Shown here piece by piece: positions 13,220-25,766 of a stretch of DNA of 64,000 nt. The notes under the pieces are model-generated. The model was not told the origin of the DNA and ran no database searches. It saw only the letters and a program-made list of their open reading frames with translations. A program made the translations under genes and the position numbers. Numbering within the stretch: position 1 is the first letter of the stretch; each line of letters opens with the position of its first letter. This DNA comes from Mesotaenium endlicherianum. Its lineage: Eukaryota. The DNA lies in assembly GCA_009602735.1 (NCBI GenBank), contig WELA01003597.1:1-64000 (forward strand), written 5' to 3'.

Positions 13220-15399
13220 TTCCCCAACACAGGCATCCAGTACTTGCTACTCTTTGGGTTCAGGTGGGGGCTTTCCACCCTCATCCTGACCTTCAGGCTT
13301 TTCTGCCTGATTGTTAGGAGGTGGAGTGGCAGGCTTCGTAGCTTGCTCCTCCGCTGATTTCGGCTCGGCGGCCTACTTCCTAGGCTTTTTACCTTTTCCG
13401 ATGGATTGTCGCTTCTCATGTTGAGTGGGGTATGTCGGACGTCTCCGGATGGGCTGCCTCAAGAACCTTTCTTCATCTGCAGCAGTCCAACTCGTCCCTG
13501 TTCCTCCCTCTTCACGTGGCGGGGTCGAATTTGGCAACGGCCACCCTGCTGGATCTGCTCTGGGGTCAATTGTCCAACCCCATTCGCGCTCAATAGTGGT
13601 AATGCGCGCATCGGTTGTGCCAAACTTCTCTTTGGCTGGTGGCGTAACCGTCCATGCTTGTGTCAAAGTCTGCTGTCTTTGAATCGCAGCTAGTTGTGCG
13701 TATACAGCATTTTCTGCTGTCAAGCGGCTTATGGTGCTTCTCAGCTCTACCAGTTCCCTTTCAGAAACTGCTGATGTCCTAGGGACTGAACTGTCCCTTT
13801 CCCACGTTCCAGTGGATGACGGAGACACCATGGGAATGTGAATTCCTAGTGCCATGGCTTTGCGAATCAAGCCATCTTCTCCTTCTCTCTGCAGAATCTC
13901 TAGGATAGGTTGCGGAGGTGGAGCCATGGTTCCTTTCGGAACCCCTTCTCTCTGAGTTGTTCCCCTATTTTTAAGACAACGCATCAACATCCGCTTGAAA
14001 GGTGCACTCCCTTCCCGGGCCACCTTTCTTAGTCTGCTTGCGCGACCGCGAGGATTCCCTTGTGTTGGTTCCACCATAGCGGTATAAGTAGCCACTTCCT
14101 GCGGTTGTTGTAGCTGATGGGAGGTAGCTCCTGGTGCTGGTAAATTGGCGGTTGGAGTGTTGGATGTAGGCGACCTCAGATCGTTGTATAGATCTGATAG
14201 GCTGGGCCCCTCCACTATCAAGTGATCGGTCACTTAGTCATTTGTCCTGAGCTCTTGTAGCTCCAACAGATCCAGTTCCGGAGTAGGAAAACGTAGAATT
14301 TCTGCCTGAATCTCCTTTTCATTGGTGACTGACGACAGGTCAAACCCTGGAAGGTCTGGCATTTATGCGTCATCTTCAACTGGCGTCTCCACTCCAGGTG
14401 GTGGCGACTCTTCATCATTATCTGTGTTGAGGTTTGCCAAGTTGACAATGGCTGATTGCAGCGTGCTTGATGCCTTAGCCACTTCCTTTTCCTTGTGCTG
14501 TCGAGCGTCTGCTTCCAGCAACTGCACAATGATCTGCCTCGTAATGGATTCAGTTGTTTGACTAGCTGAACCCTGCTGTTGCCCCTTAGCCTGTGGCTCT
14601 GGGCTTGTCAAGGCAGGTGTTGTGGACAATTTCTTGTCCAACTCCTCCTGGCGTTCTTCAAATATCACTTCGAGGCATATGCTCTTTGCAGACCCTCCAG
14701 AATCTCCTACTTCTGACTACTCTCTTCAGCCCATTCACCAATATTGCACTGGCGTTCTCGCCCTAATGCTTGGTTTAGAAAAGGTCCAATTTCTTCAGGC
14801 GTTGGCTCAAGAGTCTTCTTCTCAGATTCTTCTGACATGTCTTGTAACGGCGCTTGCTCTGGTGAAGACGACAGACGTTGTTGGTTAGCTTCCCAGCTTT
14901 CCTGCCAATAGTCTCCGCGCCCAGCCGCTCTCGGCCTGAGGTTGGTATCATATCCTGATCTGGCATCTTCCGGAGTCTCCTCACGTCTTGATGTCGTGGC
15001 TCCGTGAGGTGAGCTCCCAAATATCTGGCTGTGAGTGGCGTTTCTTGCAGATGATGGGGTGTCCTACCTATTGTCTTATGCAGTTGGCATAGGCGTTGCC
15101 TGCTCAGGCGCCTGGTCCCCCATGGGTGTATCCTCTCTTTTCAACGGTGCTTGTAATTCATTGGTCCGATTATTAATCCGGTCCAACAGATCCTGGCATC
15201 TTCTAAATTCAGCCACCCTAGCTTGCCTGAATGCTCTGTCTCTGGCAGGTTCCGCTGCGTCTCTTTGCACACTATATTCTTCTTGTTGCTGGTGTGCCGT
15301 CCAGATAGCTCTTTGATCAGATGTTAGCATCACATTGACTCCAATTGTTAGTGGTCTTGTCCTTGGCATAGGCTTGTCAGTGAAAGTCAGCTGCTGCCA

Positions 15400-16370
15400 T
15401 GTCATAATTGTTTCCACCAACCAAGTCATAGAGTGCTGCCCAATCATGTTGCCAAAAATCTTTGCAGCTTCATCTGACCCTACAGCATCGACTATATGCC
15501 GAGCTATGTTGTCGAGTATCCCAAGGCATTTGGCCTTCTCTACCGCATTGGGCTCTTTCCAAACGGCGTTTCTTTCATGTATGTCTTTGACCATTCCTGG
15601 TCTACCTTCTATGAAGGCTCGGGATCTTGGATATGCTGTGAAGGTTGGCGGTACTACCCTTGGCTGACCTGGTTTGTTGATGACACACTGTGGATAGGAA
15701 TCCGTCCTAGCCACTGGTCTGGTATGCACCGCCAGTGCCTTTTTCACTGTCAATGCCATTGGTGATCAACGTGTAATGTCCTCCATCTCTCTCAGAACCT
15801 CAATAGACATGCCATTGGTCCAAAATATCCTGGCCCTATGGGATAATCCTCCATGCTTGGCGTCGTTGATTAGAACATGGTGGCCCAAAGTGGAGTCGAA
15901 AATCAGCCATGGCTCTCCCGGGTTCATCTGCTTGTAATCCATTCCTGGATGCACATTCTCAATCACGAACACTGGTGGGTAGTAGTGCTGTCGTTCTCGC
16001 AGCATACTGATGATTTTACCATCCATCCCCAGTGTTGTGCTCGTGGATCACTGAATCCCCTCCGATTTCCAGCTTGAGAAAACGGTTGATAAGGAAATCC
16101 AGCAAAGATCCAGTCAATCCTGTAGCCATACAGGTGTTCAGGCTTCACATCAATAATGTTGCCTCCAGCGATGCGCTCGACATTGCTATATGCGGGCGCC
16201 ATCCCTTTATAATAATGCATTTGCCGAATCTGACTCATAACTTCTTGGAATGCTAGAAAAGCGTGGTCGTCATTGTCCACATACAGGACTTTGGCCACCT
16301 GTATTCCTCGCTGGATCAATACTTTGGTCCCAGACCCAAGTCCGGCGAATAATTCTAACACCACTACTCC
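15400..16370 (-). pseudogene. C5 DNA cytosine methyltransferase domain within the pol region (element 1)
   Basis: Motif I LELFAGLG, IV GFPYQPFSQAG..GFSDPR (catalytic Cys replaced by Tyr), VI IENV, VIII HRARIFWTN, IX-like EPNAVEKAKCLG and X FGN, in canonical order across three frames. Confidence 0.92.
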
Positions 16371-16624
16371 CCTTTTGCGAAAAGGATCTTCCATCCTGAC
16401 AATGCCTTGCGGCAGCGGCTCAACTCCAGGCATCAGATTTGCAATGGAGGTATACTGGGTAAGAGACTGGCAGCAACTCTTGCGGGCCGCGGACCCTATT
16501 ACTCACGGTTTCCAACTGCTTCATGATTTGGGGTTGCCATACCAAGGGTGTTGGCATGTTGATGCTCGTATAGCCTTCCTCTTCTTGCTTCATGATGTTG
16601 TCGCAGGCTTCTGGGTACCTGTCG

Positions 16625-17060
16625 TTAATGCAGCAGCCTAGCAGTGTAGTTTGCTTCTCCTGTGCAAACCATCTTCACAGGAAATTCTCCTGCCGGCTGC
16701 CAATCTGTTGACTGGTAAGTCACCCTCTGCTTCCGCAGATCAATGACCATACCCAAGGGAATCAGTGCTTCTGTTCCCAAGAGAACATCATGGTTCTCTG
16801 CCTCCGTCACTGTGCATTCCATGAGTAGTGACGCCTCTTCAGGTTTTGAATTTACTGTGATTTTCACAAGCTTGCGAGTAATCCCTCAAAACTTTGATAC
16901 TTGTCCTGAGGCAGTTCTCAACTAGAAAGGACTCTCTTTCAGGTCCCTTGCCGTCAATCCTAGAGCTTTCACAGCTCAATTTCCCAAAATGACTGGCTGT
17001 GCGCCTGTATTCAACAGAATGTTGGGAGCTGCCCAGTTGTTGAAGGTTAATGCACCATCC
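16625..17060 (-). pseudogene. Aspartic protease remnant (element 1)
   Basis: ILLNTGAQPV (degenerate DTGA) and HDVLLG. Confidence 0.75.
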
Positions 17061-17124
17061 CTATTTTGCACTCTTGCGATATTAAAATTGGTGGGCAATG
17101 AGGCGCTATTTGCACCTTCCTCAG

Positions 17125-19117
17125 CTATATCCAGCTGATGTCCGGCTTCTTCAACCGTGAATGGATAAGTAATATGCAAATCAGCGAGAGAAAGCAAAGG
17201 AGCATGCTGGATTCGGTGTTCCACAGGGCCTTCAGCTTCTCCAGCGAAAAACTAAATGTCTTACGCGTCCCAGGCCTGGCTTGTCGTAGCTGCGAGATCT
17301 CATTTTCATCCAGAGTGATGCGAAAAGTCTGAGGAAGCTTCCCAGCATTCCTTGGCACCAGACGGTTGTGATCTGCTTGCTTGGCAGCTGTTGCGTCCAC
17401 AGCCTTTTCAAGCATCAGCTTCTCGCCTTTGCAGACGGTCTTTTCTGCAATATCTGCATCATAGTAGACATTGGAAGCGTTTAGTTTTGCAAACTGAGCT
17501 TTCAACTCAGCTATTTCTGCACTCATAGCTTCATACTTCTGGTTACCCTTGCGGTTACCAGAGGCACCCTTTACTTTCTTTTTTTTCTTGTCTGCCTCTT
17601 TTGTGGCAGCATTTGCCCAAGGCGGTTTTAAATTTGGGTTCTTAGACCAGCACTCATCTTCTGAGTGTCCCTTCTTGCTGCAATGTGCACATATCTATGT
17701 CTTGCTAGTAGATGATTGCTTAGCATCTGGGTACGGACAATCCCTCTTTTGATGTCCTGATTTCCCGCAATTCAAACAGCTCTCTGCTGTTTCAGCAGTG
17801 TTGGCATGCTCAGCAAACTTATGGAAAGACCCACTCTTTTTCTTAAACTGAAAATTAGAGCTGTTGGCCTTAGGCGGAGAGGATTCCTCCCTCCTCTCAA
17901 GAGCCATAAGCTTCCTGGAAGCCTCTTTGTACCACGCTTTACCTTCTCTGACAGTGCGTGCTATTTCAGCTGCCTCGTCAATGTCCCAGTCAATCCCGTG
18001 CTTTGCGGGACAGATGTGGCCTGACTTCACGATCTGTTTCCTTGCCCAAGCACAATAGAAACTTGTCAGCCACTATTCTGGACTCGTATATTTTTGCCTT
18101 TTTGGCGAGGTCTACCAATCTGGATTTAACCTTCATAACTGTCTCGTTCTTCTGACGGACAAAATGCACATAACGGTGCACCTTAAGACTGCGATCCTTT
18201 GAAAATCGTGCTTCAAGCAACTTAAAGAAACGCCGTAGACAATGCTTGGGGTCCAGCTGGTCATCTCCAACCTCCATATCCTTTCGACAGCTAGCCAAGG
18301 CTTGCACATGGCTTGCCTCTGTCGTGGCGCTATCGCCTCGCTGATCATGGAGAGGTGCAGCTCTGCGTGTTACTCGTTCCTGAGCATTAGCAATCTTTTC
18401 AGACAATTCTGCACACACTTTTCGCAACTCTGCGACAAAGCCGGTATCATCGCTCTGAGTAGCAGCCCTTCGCTGACCCTCAGTGACTTCCCCCATGGCC
18501 TCTGTTAATTCTTGTGTTAGTGCAGCTAGGTCTATGCTCTCAACAGGTGCAGTTGTCACTGCTCTTCCTGAAGATAGAGCAGACATTCGGGCTTTTGCAG
18601 CCTCTTTCTGGATTTTCAAATCCCTTGCCCTTTTCTGTTCTGCAAATGCCCATTCCTGGATGAGATTTTCATCCTTCCGGAATTGGCGATATAGCAGCAG
18701 GGCATCCTTGTCCAAGTACTGAACCACGCCTATGAATGCGACAGATTGCGTATAAGAAGAATCCTTCCGAATCTTCTCAAAGAATTCTGCCCAATAGATC
18801 TCATCAAACTCTTCAAAAGTGAGACAATTTCCGCTGGTTCGTCCGCTAAAACACTTTGCAGACAGCTTGAACTTAGGATTTTCATCCATCACCGGCCATT
18901 TTGAACGGTGACCAGGACTCAGTGACTCTTCCCCACACGTCTTGCTCTTTGCCCAAATCAGGTGCAAAAGCTCATGTGCTATCCAAGTTCTTCCGCTTGC
19001 GGAGATATGGCGGGACTTGTCTCTCAACGGTTGCTCACTCCACCGGTCGTCAGTATGCTCAGACGTCTCACTTCCTTGTGGACTCTGGCTAAAATCAAAA
19101 CCTTCTACAGGCTCCAT
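17125..19117 (-). pseudogene. gag with two CCHC zinc knuckles (element 1)
   Basis: CLNCGKSGHQKRDC (~17740-17780) and CAHCSKKGHSEDEC (~17650-17695). The block FVRQKNET resembles FFRRKNET in element 2 gag. Confidence 0.82.
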
Positions 19118-19270
19118 AGAGTGGTAGTGTCATCCACTCCTCAACCGCATATACAGTTGAATTTCTCCAGGTCCCCTTCCAGGTTGAACACCGGCAGCCT
19201 TCACAGGCCTCAATCCCCAACTGACTTGAGAATTCTTGTTCACCTGAACCAATCAACAAGTTCTCAGAAG

Positions 19271-20490
19271 TAGGACAAAAGTGTCATACTTTCGCACAGG
19301 CTTCCGCCCAAGTTGAGGATTTACAGAATGAACAAGTTTTGTGGTTTGCAGAAATCACGTCTAAGCAGCTTAACAGGCAAGGCCAGATTCAGAGAAAATC
19401 GCCCTTCAAGGCTTTCGCTTAACTCCCACAAGTCACAGCTTACAAAACTCTGAACTGCACATCTATGTTGGCCTGGTCTGAGCTCTTCACTCAACATCGC
19501 GCCTTAACAGCTCTTCACTGCTCGGCTGGGCTCACTCAGTTCTTCACTGAGAGCTTTACTTGTTAAGGCTACTCTCGCTATCAGCAATTCGACAATTGAG
19601 ATTTCTGAGAACTTGGAAACTAACACGGCACTCACCATTTTAAGTGTCTCTCGCACGCTTGTGGCGTTTGACCCAAATCTGTGCAAATCTCCTAACCGAT
19701 TCTATTTTGCAGCTCTCTACTTTCTACCAGCGAGACCTTCTCTTGGGAACTCCTGAGGTCTAACGTTTCTATGATACACTTAGGAAGAAATCTTCCAGCG
19801 TCGGCAGAAGCGTGGCGTCTCGATTCTTCAATGGACTTGGGAACTCCTTCTTCTTCGTGCTCCCTCTGCTTCTTCAACTTCCTTTGACAATGATGCGAGC
19901 CAAAATAAAGCAGCTTCAGGCAGGACTCGTGCCTTTCACAGGCAGCACACATTATCCTCTCTCGAGAATGCCAGTGCTTAGTCACAGTGCTGAACTTGCA
20001 TGCCGTCCTTAGCAGCTCTTCCACCGTTTAGGAGTTGTCATTCAGCATGCATGCGTGCATTGGGATTGTCGCGCGTGACTGCTTAGCCTTTCAGCTGACA
20101 ATCATGCCTATGTGGCTGGCTGGCAGCGTTAAGAATGAGCGCTCAAGCCGTGACTGGCCACATGCGGGTCTTGGCCGAGGTGGCACACAAAGCCTCTGCA
20201 ACATCATTGCTGTACTTGGCTTAGATAGCCAATTGATCAGTACCTTTCCGAGCATTTGCTGGTTCCCTACTCTTAGCCTTTTGGCAGACTACTCTGCTCA
20301 AATCCCCATCCATCCCTGGGCGTGGGTTTGGCGTGTCGTGACCACTTTGACAGTGATAACGACTTTGAAATGACCGCTGACTGAGATCTCTCGGTCCTTT
20401 GGTCGGTTAGTCAACGCTAACTTCCCGTACCTGGGCGGCCGTGGCTTGCGCTGCGCGTGCCGCACCGTAAAGTGGATAGCAGTCGCGACA
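19271..20490 (-). repeat. Repeat A1 (5' terminus of element 1)
   Basis: Minus start TGTCGCGAC. Abuts family X LTR sequence at 20491. Confidence 0.93.
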
Positions 20491-20646
20491 TTACTGCTAA
20501 TGTATTGTCTGTTGCTGTTTAATTTGTTAATAGAAAATACCGTAAAGATTACTTGCTAATATAAAGATCTCTTATTAGTTGTCAATTGCCTATTGATAAG
20601 TCGATTCTTTTCAAGGTTATCGGAGGTAGTTATCACACTCGTCTTG

Positions 20647-22100
20647 TATGGTAAGGACTAAGTCTCAAACTAGCAACTCTCGTGAAATGGAGGGTGAGGA
20701 CAACGATAACATTGAGGAAGGGCAGGACGAAAGCCGCGTTTTTTGACCCTGTACCTACTTAGAAACGCTGCACGATGTAGGAGCCAGAGAAGTTGCAGAG
20801 GAGGCAGCAGCTCTTGCTGCGGTAGCAATTCAGCTTGCTGAGGATGAGCGATTAGCGAAGGAGGTAGAAGAGGCAAAAAACAAGAGGGCCCCTGACGAAA
20901 GGACGGTGGAAGAGCAGATGGCAGAGAGGGCCAATCTCCGAAACCAACCTCCTGCTGTGCCTACTATTATACCTCTTTAGATTTGCAGACAATTGAATTC
21001 AACAGGCACAGTCGAAGCGGCAGCAATTGGGAATGCCGAAGCTGCTACCATTCGAGCTAATGTTGCTGCTGCGTCGTTTGCTGGGCTACCACCTCAGATT
21101 GTCAATCTGGGAGCATTATTTGTGCAAATGCAATCGCAAATGGCGAGCATGTGTGAGTCCCAACATGAGGACAAAAGGATCATGATGGCATTGCTGCGTG
21201 ACAGAGACCAACTCGATCTTCAAACCACTAGTGGTGGTGGCAGAGGACGAGTAAGCTTAAGCCAAAACCTCCTCAGGACTATGACACTGAGGAAAACAAA
21301 AAGTACTACTTGATCATGTTTCTTCTTGATGTTGAGCAGTGGCTGGAGAAATACCCATAATTGCAAGACTAACTTAAAGAATTATTCACACTGGTGCTCT
21401 ATTGAAAGGCAGTGCAGCAGACTGGTGGCTGTATTGGAAAGGAGAGCGTAAGGCTTAACAACTCGGTGACCCTACTTGGGTAGAGTTTGTCGAGAAGCTG
21501 CATGAGAAGTAGGATCTTATCAATCAGCAGGAGAAAGCTATCTATGCGATGATCTGCTTGACACTGAAGCAGACCACTTCAGTTGCTGAATTTGCCCAGA
21601 AGTTCCAGGAGAACATGATGAAGCAGCTAGAACTGCCTGAGCGGTGTAGGATAGCATACTTCAGGTATGGCTTGAAGTCCGAGGTCTCAGGTGATTTTGC
21701 TAAAAAGGAATATGAGAAAGTGGCTGACTTTATCCAGGATGCTGATGTCTAGGATCAGCAGGAGTTCAATCACAAGCGCCAAAGTAATGCTTTGGTGTCT
21801 AAGATTGTAAAAAAGCCACATGATTTTCTGCAATGCGATTGAAGGAGATCAAACTGAGGATGATCAAAGTGACGAGTATGAGTATAATGCTATACAGTCT
21901 AGAGGGAGAGGTGGATACTCTTGAGATGGCTATGGAAGAGGTGGTGGTAGGACTAAGCCAAGACCAGCCTCAGTAAACTCCATTTGCTTCCATTGCCAGG
22001 AGTTGGGCCACTACAGGGAGCATTGTTCTAGAAAGCACCTTCCAAAGGTCGAGAGAAAGGATCAGCCTTTAAAAGACAGCAACAATCAAGTCTACTGACT
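20647..22100 (+). pseudogene. Family X gag (retrotrans_gag region and zinc knuckle remnant)
   Basis: LKQTTSVAEFAQKF..RIAYFRYGLK and a knuckle CFHCQELGHYREHC near 21985-22026. Homologous to 4030-5191 on the minus strand. Confidence 0.8.
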
Positions 22101-22450
22101 GTGAGGATGCTAGAGATAGTGAGTCGCCACCAGCTGCCCTCGTAGCAGGTGTTATGGGTTCTGCTGAACTGGATTCACTATGCATGCGTGACAAACAAAT
22201 AAAGGAGACCATCAGCAATAAAGATCTTCAGAGAGTGCACACTCTGGATGATCTTATTTAACCTGATGTCCAATATTTCTTTGCTAAGTCAAGACAACAA
22301 TGTTGTGCATTATGAGGTCGGATGCGTCTGATTTATATAAGCAACACACAAGTGGGCAAGCAAGACTTGCTATGGTGAAAGCAAAAATGCATGCGGTCTT
22401 AGGGCCAAAAAGAAGGTTAGCTGTCAAATGTTTCAATTCCCCCCCAGCTT

Positions 22451-23870
22451 TCAGCATCCAGCTGATGAGCTGATAATACTATCGCTAGCCAACTTTGCAC
22501 AGTCACTACAGAACCAGTCGCCAACGGGAACGCGCTCCAGTGGGGAGTCGAGGCAGCCAATGTGGAAACCAAGATTGCAGTTGTCGCAGAGCAGCATCTT
22601 GGCCTCCTTGCCAGGGCTATGGCAGATCTGGCACGCCCTGTCCTTGGGCGGGCGCGCGTCGCGGAGACGAACTTGCACATCAAGGTAAGGAAGGTGGCAT
22701 GGTTCACAGTTCTTCATGTGGTCCTTGTGAAGACGACCATCTGCGGCTTCCAACTCCAGTACTCCTGACGCCAAGGCACGCTCGACGCGCACGATGATCG
22801 GCAAGCTGCTGGTGTCGAGGGTGTTCTTCGTCTGGCGTCGCAGATACACGAAGTCACCTGCGAAAAACTGCAACACCCGAGGACGATAGGCTCCTCCACA
22901 AGCCATGGCATACTTCAGCGTGTCACGGTGCTAAGCGATACTGAGGTTGTCCATGGCCATGGGCATCAGGCGCTGGAACAGTTGTGCACGCTGCCCGACA
23001 AGAGCACTCCATGTGTCGAGACTATCCAAGTCCAGGACACTCTCAGCCACGGTCCTGGCTGCGGCTGGCAGGATCGGCTGGCATCCATAAAGGAGAAAGT
23101 AGGGAGAATACGAGGTCAAGGAGGCCTGGCGATTGAACTTGTATCCCATAGCAAGCCACGGGAGTGCGTCGTCCCAGTGGGTGCTGTTGTGGGTCAGGCA
23201 ATACTTGCCCAGCCCCAGCTTGACGGTCTGCACCATGCGCTCTGCAAGGTCGTCAACCTGGGGGTGATTGCGGGAGGTGGTGCGGTGCTCAATTATGGAG
23301 CGCTCTAGCAGCTTCTGAAAGCTGCTCTGGAACTCCTTGCCCTAGTCAATCAGTACCTCAGCGCAGCCGCCAAAACGGCTCAGGACCTGATCAAGGAACG
23401 CCTGCGCGATTCCCTCACTGGCCTTATTGGGCAAGGGCACGAGCTCGATCCACAAGTGCTCAATCATCACCAAGACGTAGAGGTTGCCTCGACGGGACTT
23501 GGACAACTCCCCAGCCAAGTCCAATGACCACCTGTAGAACAGCCCCTGAATGGGCAGGGGGTTGAGGGCAACAGTGCATGCTGTGAAGCTCGAGCGCACG
23601 CGGTCGCAGAGAGTGCAGCTGCTGACGACGTCGGCCACGACCTTAGCCATGCCGTGCCACCAGTACTCGAACTGCAGTAGGCTGAGAGTGCCCTTGATAC
23701 CAAAGTGTCCAAGGGCCGGGCCTCATGAACGGTGCGCACCAGCTGGCTGCGTATAGCAGGCTCAGGGACCACCGAGAAGGAGCCGTCGGCCATCACACGC
23801 CTCAGCCGACCCTCCATGAAGACGAAATCTCGGGTGCGCTTGAGGACGCGGTCACGCTCCCTCGCGTCCA
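22451..23870 (-). pseudogene. DDE integrase with C-terminal C4HC3 PHD finger (element 2)
   Basis: CTLCDR, WSLDLAG, AEVLID, MVQTVK. PHD CQIC..MLLCDNCNLGFHIGCLDSPLERVPVGDWFCSDC. A G-rich PPT follows at ~22438-22446. Confidence 0.93.
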
Positions 23871-23873
23871 TGT

Positions 23874-25508
23874 CTAGCGCCAGCTCCTTAGTGGCGACGT
23901 ACTGCAGCAGCGCGGCAACGTCCCACACGTCCTCAGGCCCGCAATACCAACTGTCTTGCTCGCTGCTGCCGCCCACGCCAGACGCCTCGTGTTGACCACC
24001 ACCAGGTCGGGGTCGATGAGCCCCGCGGGCCTCGAATCGCCGTCCATCGTGAAGGCCAAGAAGGCTGCCGCGTGCCAGGCCACTGGCTCGTCCTCGTGAT
24101 GCCGGACCACGGTCAGATCCCTGGAGGAAGGCAGCAGATTGCGGCTGACGCCGTCGGCGTCCATGGTGGTCGAGCCGGGGCGGTGGTGCATGTCAAACGT
24201 GTACTCCTGCAGAATGAGTGCCCACCGCGCGTACTTGCCTGTAAGGCGCTCCGACGTGATGAGCCACTTAAGCGGCTGATGGTCGATGACGAGACAGAAT
24301 TGGGTGCCGTAGAGGTAGTGCCTAAAGTGCACGATAGCCCAGACCGCTGCCAGACACTCCCCCTCATAAGAGCCATAGTTGGCCTCGGCGCGATTGTTGC
24401 TGCGACTGTCGTACGCCACCACGTGCTTGCAAACGTTGTGCTCCTGCACCAGCACTGCTCCCAGCCTTGCCTGCACCCAGTCGGTGTAGAGGATAAAGGG
24501 CTTAGTGTGGTCAGGCCACCGTAGCACTAGAGTGCTCACCAACAGCTCCTTGAGCTTATCTAACGTTGCCTACTGCTCTGTCCCCCATACGTAGGCAAAC
24601 CCCTTTCGCAGCAAATCGTTGAGTGGCTTAGCGAGCTCGCTAAAGCCAGGCACAAAGCGGCAGTAGTAGTTGGCGATCCCAAGGAAGGCCCTCAGCTGTA
24701 AGATGTCGATAGGCGGCGGGATGCCTGTGATGGCCAAAATCTTGGCCAGCTGCGGTGCCAATCCGCTGGAGGAGAGGAGATGCCCGAGGTACTCCACCTC
24801 TCGGGTCCCAAAGGTGCACTTCCCTGGATGGCACTTGAGCCCAGCGGCCTCCAAGCGGTCCACGATGGCGGTAATGTGCGCCATGTGCTCCTCGAACGTC
24901 TCATTTAAGACAAGCACGTCATCAATGTAGCACCGGGCAAAGGATAGCCCTGCCAGCTCCTTATCCATGACCCGCTGGTAAGTAGCTGGAGAGTTCTTCA
25001 GCCCGAAGGGCATCACCCTCCACTCGTAGAGGCGCTGTGCCCCCCAGAACGTTGTCTTGTGCTGGTCCTTCTCCGTAATAGGTATCTGGTTGAAGCCTTG
25101 CCTCAAGTCCAGCATCAAAAACCATGTGCACGTGCCAATGTCATCGAAGATCTTGTCAGGGGTAGGCAGAGGATATCTGTTCTGCTCGGTAACCTCGTTG
25201 AGCTTATGATAGTCATCGCACATCCTCTTCTCATACCAGTTGCCTGAGGCATCCTTCTTGGCCGGCATGACCGTGGGGGCCGCGTAGGTAGAGGAGGACT
25301 CCCGAATGAGCTGGTTGTCCTCCAGCTTGCCTGTCTGCGTGCTGATCAAGACATCCGCAAAGTGACTGTAGCGGTATCGCTTTTGGAAGATGGGTACGTC
25401 GGACGTGAGGCGGAGCCTCATGGGGTCGCCAGTGTAGCGCCCCAAGTCATGCATGCCGCTGGCAAAGCAGGCACTGCGCCGGGCATCAAGCATCTCCATT
25501 AGCTGCAC
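23874..25508 (-). pseudogene. Reverse transcriptase and RNase H (element 2)
   Basis: Motifs LDLRQGF, MPFGLKNSPA, YIDDV, YTDW, NYGSYEGECLA and ADGVSR. Confidence 0.95.
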
Positions 25509-25766
25509 TGCCTGCTTCGTGGTAAGGGTCCCCCCCAGCTTCCATGTAGGGACTGCTAGAGGTGGTGCTTGCCCTGCACCTGTCGCCTCTTGTGCTACTG
25601 TTGCAAAGCTCTGCCCCCCTGCTGGCGCCGCCTGTCTGCTGGCAGAGAGCGGCTGCCCTGCACCTGCTCCTGCTGGAACCTATCCTGCGGCTGCCAGCTG
25701 ACCTGTAGGAGCTGCCTGCTGGCATGCAGGAGGAAAAAGAAGTGGGGAGCGATGCGACCCCCTAGC

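Larger units (their letters stand above)
8524..20490 (-). mobile_element. DNMT- and PHD-encoding Ty3/Gypsy-like retroelement 1 with split repeats (A1-internal-PPT-B1-A2-B2)
   Basis: ORF order is gag, protease, C5-MTase, RT, RNase H, integrase, PHD. A1 19271-20490, B1 9839-10131, A2 8617-9836, B2 8524-8616 (cut by N). Confidence 0.9.

Noticed and set aside
8524..20490. DIRS/Ngaro tyrosine-recombinase element
   Set aside because: The repeat layout is similar, but it encodes a protease and a DDE integrase and no R-H-R-Y recombinase motifs were seen. The MTase is C5-type, not the DIRS adenine MTase.
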